Shown here piece by piece: positions 6,703 through 12,168 of a DNA stretch of 12,168 bases. This DNA comes from Bdellovibrionia bacterium (lineage in GTDB: Bacteria > Bdellovibrionota > UBA1018). Within the stretch, counting starts at the first letter, position 1. Every line of letters starts with the position of its first letter. The notes beneath the pieces were generated by a model, which saw only the letters and a program-made list of their open reading frames with translations, searched no databases and was not told the DNA's origin. The stretch is from positions 1-12,168 of the forward strand of contig JBMSSC010000086.1 in NCBI GenBank assembly GCA_049424145.1. Direction: 5' to 3'. A program made the translations under genes and the position numbers.

Positions 6703-8293
6703 CTGAAATCTCCCCTAGCGTTGCTCCTGCTTTCACTGCATTCAAAATGAGTTCCTGCAAATTAGCCCCGGATGAAACCCCCTCCTTCAGCGTTGAAAGG
6801 GAGTCCTTTGTGGCTCCGAAGGATCGTTTTAAGCGGTACTGTCGAATTCTCTCCACAGCCGATTGCTCAAGCTCAGGGGGAACCTTTAAGATCTCCATGG
6901 GTGCCGAAGAAGAGGACTGAGTCCCTTTAAAACAGTTCACCCCCACGACTTTCAACTCCCCTGAGTCAATTTTCTTTTGATCTCCGTAGGCCGAATTGGA
7001 GATCTCCGTCTGAATGTAGCCACTCTCAATGCAAGCAATCGTGCCTCCTCTTCGATCGATCTCCTTAAGGTACTCAAAGGTCTTTTTTTCAATCTCATCG
7101 GTGAGAGACTCCACGAACCAACTCCCTCCCAGGGGGTCCACCGTTTGCGTGACCCGACTCTCATGAGCAATGACCTGCTGAGTTCTCAGAGCCAAAGTGG
7201 CTGAGGCTTCCGTCGGAAGAGCCAATGCTTCATCCAGGGAATTGGTATGAAGCGACTGAGTCCCTCCCAGAACAGCGGCTAGGGCCTGAAGGGTCACTCG
7301 GACTACGTTGGTATTGGGCTGTTGTGCAGTCAGCGTTGAACCTGCCGTTTGCGAATGAAATCGGAGCATCTGACTTCTGGGATCCTTTCCCCCAAAGCGA
7401 TCACGGATCAATTTTGCCCAGATCCTGCGTGCGGCGCGAAACTTAGCCACCTCTTCAAAGAAGTCATTATGAACGTTAAAAAAGAAAGAAAGCTGCCCTG
7501 CAAACTCATCAACCGACAACCCTTGCCCGATGGCTGCTTCGAGGTAGGCAATGGCGTTAGCAAAGGTGAAGGCCAGCTCTTGCACCGCAGTCGAGCCCGC
7601 CTCACGAATATGGTAGCCAGAAATACTGATGGGATTCCACTTCGGCGTCTGCTTTTGGCACCAGGCAAACATGTCCGTCACGAGCCTGAGGGTTCCCGTC
7701 GCAGGGTAAATATAGTTCCCGCGTGCGACGTACTCTTTTAAAACATCATTTTGAACGGTTCCTCGAAGCTCTCGCACAGCAACGCCCTGCTCTTGCGCCA
7801 GAGCCACGTAGAAGGCAAGCAAGATCCCAGCCGTGGCGTTGATGGTCATCGAAGTGGACACCTGGCTCTGATCAATTCCTCGGAACAAAACACGCATCTC
7901 ATCTAATGTGGATAAGGAAACACCGACTTTGCCCACCTCCCCCCGAGCGCGGGGATGATCCGGATCATAGCCCAACTGCGTGGGCAAATCGAAAGCAACG
8001 GAAAGCCCCATGGTGCCTTGAGAGAGCAGGTAATGATACCTCTGATTTGACTCCTCGGCCGTACCAAAGCCTGCGTACTGGCGCATGGTCCAGAGGCGTC
8101 CTCGGTACATGTCTTTTTGCACGCCTCGAGTAAACGGAAACGAGGCTGGAGCACCCAAGGTCTGCTCAGAGGCCGCTGAATCCTCAGGCCCATAGACGGC
8201 CTTAACGGGAATATGAGAGCGAGTAAAAAACTCAGTGGGTTTCTCAGAGCCTGGAGATTTTTTTGAATCTGTGGACGCTTTGGGTGAATTCAT
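6653..8293 (-). CDS. Methylmalonyl-CoA mutase, substrate-binding (TIM-barrel) subunit of a split enzyme
   Basis: [103 protein letters not shown] and ATLGEI. No DxHxxG cobalamin-binding domain. ATG at 8293 is preferred to TTG 8296 on SD (AAGGT) spacing. Confidence 0.95.
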   Translation of the reverse strand: MNSPKASTDSKKSPGSEKPTEFFTRSHIPVKAVYGPEDSAASEQTLGAPASFPFTRGVQKDMYRGRLWTMRQYAGFGTAEESNQRYHYLLSQGTMGLSVAFDLPTQLGYDPDHPRARGEVGKVGVSLSTLDEMRVLFRGIDQSQVSTSMTINATAGILLAFYVALAQEQGVAVRELRGTVQNDVLKEYVARGNYIYPATGTLRLVTDMFAWCQKQTPKWNPISISGYHIREAGSTAVQELAFTFANAIAYLEAAIGQGLSVDEFAGQLSFFFNVHNDFFEEVAKFRAARRIWAKLIRDRFGGKDPRSQMLRFHSQTAGSTLTAQQPNTNVVRVTLQALAAVLGGTQSLHTNSLDEALALPTEASATLALRTQQVIAHESRVTQTVDPLGGSWFVESLTDEIEKKTFEYLKEIDRRGGTIACIESGYIQTEISNSAYGDQKKIDSGELKVVGVNCFKGTQSSSSAPMEILKVPPELEQSAVERIRQYRLKRSFGATKDSLSTLKEGVSSGANLQELILNAVKAGATLGEISDVFRETFGLYQEYSGF

Positions 8294-8308
8294 CAAAAAC
8301 TACCTTTT

Positions 8309-8872
8309 CTAACTCTCAAACACAACCAGCTCAGCGCCGCTTTCTACAGCCTGACCTTCACTGACTTTGACGCTCTGAATCTTCCCTGAACGAGGGGATT
8401 TAATTTCGTTTTCCATCTTCATAGCCTCCATCAAAAGGAGGGGCTGATGGTGAGACACCTCCTGCCCGGGGTGAACCAGAATTTTTAGGATCTTCCCCGG
8501 CATCTGAGCGCGCACCGGTGAGAGCTTTTTACGAGCCCCTCCATGAGACGCCGCATTTTGAAAATCTCGGTACGAAAACGGCACCTGCGACCATTGCTGA
8601 GTGCTCATGCGACGAGAGAGATGAAACAGAAGGCGCCCCTCTTCATCTTGCTTGCTTTGTAAATCAAAGCCCTGCACCGAATCAGGGAGAATCAGCCAAA
8701 GACCATCGGCATCTCGGCGCCAACTGACTTCAACGACCGGGGAGCTTCCTGCCTGACTCTGAGCAGCCCAGGAAGCCTCTGAAATCTCAACACACGCCCT
8801 GCCTTGATCCCCACGAGGAATCGTGTGCCAGATTAAGACCCACTTTCCTACCCGCACGGTGAACCGGCTCAT
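8309..8872 (-). CDS. Biotin carboxyl carrier protein (BT-like N-terminal region plus biotinyl domain)
   Basis: Biotinyl domain VRAQMPGKILKILVHPGQEV..LMEAMKMENEIKSPRSGKI..GQAVESGAELV with the AMKM biotinylation Lys. ATG 8872 overlaps the upstream TGA (ATGA) and has a GGAGG SD, so it is preferred to GTG 8881. Confidence 0.92.
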   Translation of the reverse strand: MSRFTVRVGKWVLIWHTIPRGDQGRACVEISEASWAAQSQAGSSPVVEVSWRRDADGLWLILPDSVQGFDLQSKQDEEGRLLFHLSRRMSTQQWSQVPFSYRDFQNAASHGGARKKLSPVRAQMPGKILKILVHPGQEVSHHQPLLLMEAMKMENEIKSPRSGKIQSVKVSEGQAVESGAELVVFES

Positions 8873-10452
8873 TGCCCCCACCCTCCGTGACGTCTTGCGG
8901 ATTGAGACCAGGCACGAGAAGACGGCTCGGCTTCCAGCGAACTTGACTCAAGATCGAAGCTCCCCTGGGAGTCCGTCACGATCTGATGAATGGCCACGGC
9001 TAAGGCTGCCTCCCAACTCAGATCCGCTGAGCACGGCTCAGTCAGGCTCTTGTGATCAGCAATTAAGTGAGTCGTCGTTTGTCCTTGAATCACCTCAGGA
9101 AGAAAAGCCAAGCGTTTTAAAAACGGAAGGTTCGTCCTTAATGATCCACGAGCTGATCCATCGGCTCTCTTCGGTGGTTCAACGCGAGTCTCGCCTAAGG
9201 CCACCTGAAGCCGGCTTAAAGCTTGGGCTCGAGAGGCTCCCCAAACCGATACCTTGGCAATCATCGGATCATAAAAGAGGCTCACTTCTCCCTCCTGAAC
9301 AAATGCCGTGTCGGATCTCACAAACGCCCCACTGGGTAGAGATATCGAACCTAACTGACCGGGAGCAGGTAAAAATGTTTCTGGATCCTCAGCATAGAGG
9401 CGAACTTCAATGGCATGGCCTTCAATGGGGGGAGTTTTCAGGGGGAGCTTCAACTCCCCGGCCGCCAACAGCAACTGCCACTCCACCAGATCCACGCCAC
9501 TTACCCACTCCGTCACGGGATGCTCCACTTGAAGCCTCGTGTTCATCTCTAAAAAGTAGTAATTTCCCTGACCATCCACAATGAACTCAAAGGTGCCGGC
9601 CCCCGAGTACTGGATCTTCTCGGCAATCCTCACTGCGGACTGCACCATGGAGACTCGCGTCTCAGGGAACTCATGAAGGATGGGAGCAGGGGCCTCTTCC
9701 CAGACTTTCTGATGACGTCTTTGAATCGAGCACTCTCGATCCCCCAAATGAACGGCTCCCCCTTGGCCATCTCCAAAGATTTGGATTTCCACATGATGAG
9801 GCTCTAAGATCAGCTTTTCAACATATAACGATCCATCCCCAAAGGCTCCTAGGGCCTCGCGCGAGGCTGACGCAAAGGAGGATTCCATCTCAGCATTCGA
9901 ATCGACTCGTCGCATGCCCTTACCCCCCCCGCCTGCTGCCGCCTTTAAAAGCACGGGATAACCAATCTGAGCCGCAATGGTTTTTGCTTGCTCAGCATCG
10001 GCCAGCGCCCCAGCACTGCCTGGGACTCGGGGCACCCCCAAAGAATCCACCGTGGCACGGGCTTGAATTTTATCCCCCATCTGCCTCATATGCGACGCCC
10101 GCGGCCCAACGAACGTGAGCCCTGCTTTCTCGCAGGCCTCCACAAAATGGGCTCGCTCACTTAAAAAGCCATAGCCAGGATGCACGTACTGAGCCTGAGA
10201 CCGGAGCGCGGCATCAATCACTCGCTCAATGTTCAAATAACTCTCCTTCGGAGGAGCCGCTCCAATCCCAATGGCCTGATCACAGAAACGAAGATGTTCT
10301 GCGAAGCGATCCGCATCGGAGTAGATGGCCACCGTGGGGAAACCCAGAGCGCGAGCCGTTCGTGCAATTCGGATGGCAATCTCCCCGCGATTAGCAATGA
10401 GCAGAGGTTTTCGATTCTTCCGATTCTTCCGATTCTTCAATGAAGGGTTCAT
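8869..10452 (-). CDS. Biotin carboxylase subunit of an acyl-CoA (probably propionyl-CoA) carboxylase, without a biotinyl domain
   Basis: [65 protein letters not shown] and YDPMIAK. ATGA overlap with the CT gene. Confidence 0.96.
   Translation of the reverse strand: MNPSLKNRKNRKNRKPLLIANRGEIAIRIARTARALGFPTVAIYSDADRFAEHLRFCDQAIGIGAAPPKESYLNIERVIDAALRSQAQYVHPGYGFLSERAHFVEACEKAGLTFVGPRASHMRQMGDKIQARATVDSLGVPRVPGSAGALADAEQAKTIAAQIGYPVLLKAAAGGGGKGMRRVDSNAEMESSFASASREALGAFGDGSLYVEKLILEPHHVEIQIFGDGQGGAVHLGDRECSIQRRHQKVWEEAPAPILHEFPETRVSMVQSAVRIAEKIQYSGAGTFEFIVDGQGNYYFLEMNTRLQVEHPVTEWVSGVDLVEWQLLLAAGELKLPLKTPPIEGHAIEVRLYAEDPETFLPAPGQLGSISLPSGAFVRSDTAFVQEGEVSLFYDPMIAKVSVWGASRAQALSRLQVALGETRVEPPKRADGSARGSLRTNLPFLKRLAFLPEVIQGQTTTHLIADHKSLTEPCSADLSWEAALAVAIHQIVTDSQGSFDLESSSLEAEPSSRAWSQSARRHGGWGQ
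10412..10438. repeat. Perfect 9-bp tandem repeat x3 (cgattcttc)
   Basis: cgattcttc at 10412, 10421 and 10430; in frame, encoding KNRKNRKNR at the BC N-terminus. Confidence 0.95.
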
Positions 10453-12020
10453 AGGGGGATATTTCCGTGCTTTCTCACCGGAGTCTGCTCTCGTTTGCTT
10501 TTGAGGGTTTTCAGAGCACGAATGAGCACCCGACGCGTCTCCTCGGGTCGAATCACTTGATCCACATACCCCAGCTCCGCTGCTTTATAGGGATTGGCAA
10601 ACGTCCTTCGGTACTCCTCCACCAACTGAGCTTTTTTCTGCTCCAGATGACCCGTTTTTTCGGCCTCGCTGAGCTCTTTTCGGTACAAAATCTGAATCGC
10701 GCCCTCGGGTCCCATCACGGCAATCTCAGCTCCTGGGTAAGCGAGGTTCAGATCCGCGCGAATGTGTTTGGAGGACATCACATCATAGGCACCTCCATAG
10801 GCTTTACGGGTGATCACGGATAACTTAGGCACCGTGGCCTCAGCGTAGGCATACAGGAGCTTGGCTCCATGCTTGATGATCCCGCCATACTCCTGTGCGG
10901 TACCCGGTAAAAACCCGGGGACATCGACAAAACTGACTAAAGGGATGTGAAACGCATCACAAAAGCGAACAAACCGCGCCGCTTTCAAAGAGGCTGAGAT
11001 ATCTAAGCACCCGGCCAAGTGAGCAGGCTGGTTGCCAATGATCCCCACTGTACTGCCCCCGAGTCGCCCGAAGCCTACGGTGATATTTTGAGCAAACGAG
11101 GCCTGCACCTCCATGAACTCCCCATGATCGAGCACGATCTTCACCAACTCGCGCATGTCGTAGGGTTTACTTGAACTCTCTGGAAGCAACTGGGCAATCT
11201 CAGGACAAGCCCGATCCACGGCATCGACACTCTGGGCCCGATGCGCCTGGGTTCGTGGCTCCTCTAAATTATTAGCGGGCAAAAATCGGATGAGTTTTCT
11301 CACCTCTTGCAAACACGTCTGCTCATTAGGACTCAGAAAATGACAGACCCCACTTTTTTCCGAATGAGTCTCCGCTCCTCCTAGGGCTTCCTTCGTCACT
11401 TCTTCATGGGTGACTGTTTTTATGACCTCAGGTCCAGTCACAAACATATAGGAGTGATTTTCGATCATGAAAATAAAATCAGTAATGGCAGGGCTGTATA
11501 CGGCTCCTCCAGCGCAGGGCCCTAAGATCACGCTGATTTGGGGGATCACCCCACTGCACTGCACGTTGCGCCAGAAAATCTCCGCATAGCCCCCGAGGCT
11601 TTCCACTCCCTCTTGAATTCGGGCTCCCCCTGAATCATTTAATCCAATCACGGGGCACCCAATTTTTAGGGCCAAATCCATCACCTTACAAATCTTTGCC
11701 GCATGAGCTGAGGATAAACTGCCGCCAAACACCGTGAAGTCTTGTGAAAACACACAGACCGTGCGTCCTTCGATAGTGCCGTACCCCGTCACCACACCAT
11801 CGCCTAAAACCTTCTGCTCCTGCATGCCGAAGTCTTGGCAGCGATGAACGACAAACTGATCCAGTTCTACGAAACTCCCTGGATCTAAAAGCAGTTCAAT
11901 TCGAGTTCGAGCCAGGAGTTTACCTGAGGCCAGTTGCTTGGCCGCACGCTCTTGACCGCCTCCTTGTTCTGCTTGACGCTCCCGTCGGGCGAGCTCGTGA
12001 AGTTGATGCTGATCGGGCAT
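10449..12020 (-). CDS. pccB: Acyl-CoA carboxylase carboxyltransferase (beta) subunit, propionyl-CoA carboxylase type
   Basis: [65 protein letters not shown] and C-terminal [17 protein letters not shown] lies 7 nt upstream of the ATG. Co-operonic with the mutase. Confidence 0.93.
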   Translation of the reverse strand: MPDQHQLHELARRERQAEQGGGQERAAKQLASGKLLARTRIELLLDPGSFVELDQFVVHRCQDFGMQEQKVLGDGVVTGYGTIEGRTVCVFSQDFTVFGGSLSSAHAAKICKVMDLALKIGCPVIGLNDSGGARIQEGVESLGGYAEIFWRNVQCSGVIPQISVILGPCAGGAVYSPAITDFIFMIENHSYMFVTGPEVIKTVTHEEVTKEALGGAETHSEKSGVCHFLSPNEQTCLQEVRKLIRFLPANNLEEPRTQAHRAQSVDAVDRACPEIAQLLPESSSKPYDMRELVKIVLDHGEFMEVQASFAQNITVGFGRLGGSTVGIIGNQPAHLAGCLDISASLKAARFVRFCDAFHIPLVSFVDVPGFLPGTAQEYGGIIKHGAKLLYAYAEATVPKLSVITRKAYGGAYDVMSSKHIRADLNLAYPGAEIAVMGPEGAIQILYRKELSEAEKTGHLEQKKAQLVEEYRRTFANPYKAAELGYVDQVIRPEETRRVLIRALKTLKSKREQTPVRKHGNIPL

Positions 12021-12168
12021 GGGTCTGCTCCTTTGAAAAGGTTTATTGTCTGTTTTAGAGTCTGTTTTTTCTTCGTTCCATTTATCCGCAAGTCCCCCGG
12101 GGGTTTCAGCATTTTTATAATCAGGGGTTCCCGATTCAACAACGTCGGCCGCGTCATCTCCGAGTCCA

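Noticed and set aside
8823..9584. 253-aa plus-strand ORF
   Set aside because: It lies antisense to the biotin carboxylase and BCCP genes, is Pro/Ser-rich and shows no domain signal.
1087..10823. Remaining short ORFs (63-130 aa) nested in or antisense to the called genes
   Set aside because: All lie wholly or largely within genes with clear family motifs, and none has independent coding evidence.
11885..12157. 90-aa minus-strand ORF
   Set aside because: It overlaps pccB out of frame by 136 bp and has no family motif. I cannot exclude that it is the tail of an upstream gene, but nothing supports it.
12021..12168. Possible cobalamin riboswitch upstream of the pcc-mutase operon
   Set aside because: Only a GGGAA fragment is present. 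The conserved GGTG/AAnTCC, GCCACTG and B12-box elements are not visible.

Overview
A gene-dense bacterial chromosomal window with two minus-strand operons either side of one plus-strand gene. The left operon (5010 to the window edge) has a stand-alone tadC, a DUF192 protein and three FHA-domain proteins: FHA-TM-sensor-TM-HAMP-PAS, FHA-TM-TPR, and a tandem-FHA protein that the ORF track missed because it runs off the window. A cytoplasmic GH3 NagZ is divergently transcribed from tadC. The right operon (12020 to 6253) has a three-part propionyl-CoA-type carboxylase (CT, BC, BT/BCCP), the substrate-binding subunit of a split methylmalonyl-CoA mutase, and a small exported Ig-like protein. The gene content suggests a Bdellovibrionota- or Myxococcota-like, possibly predatory, organism (inference). 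The best candidate system is a phosphothreonine (FHA) signalling or scaffold module coupled to a Tad pilus platform. I saw no RNA genes, CRISPR arrays or mobile elements.
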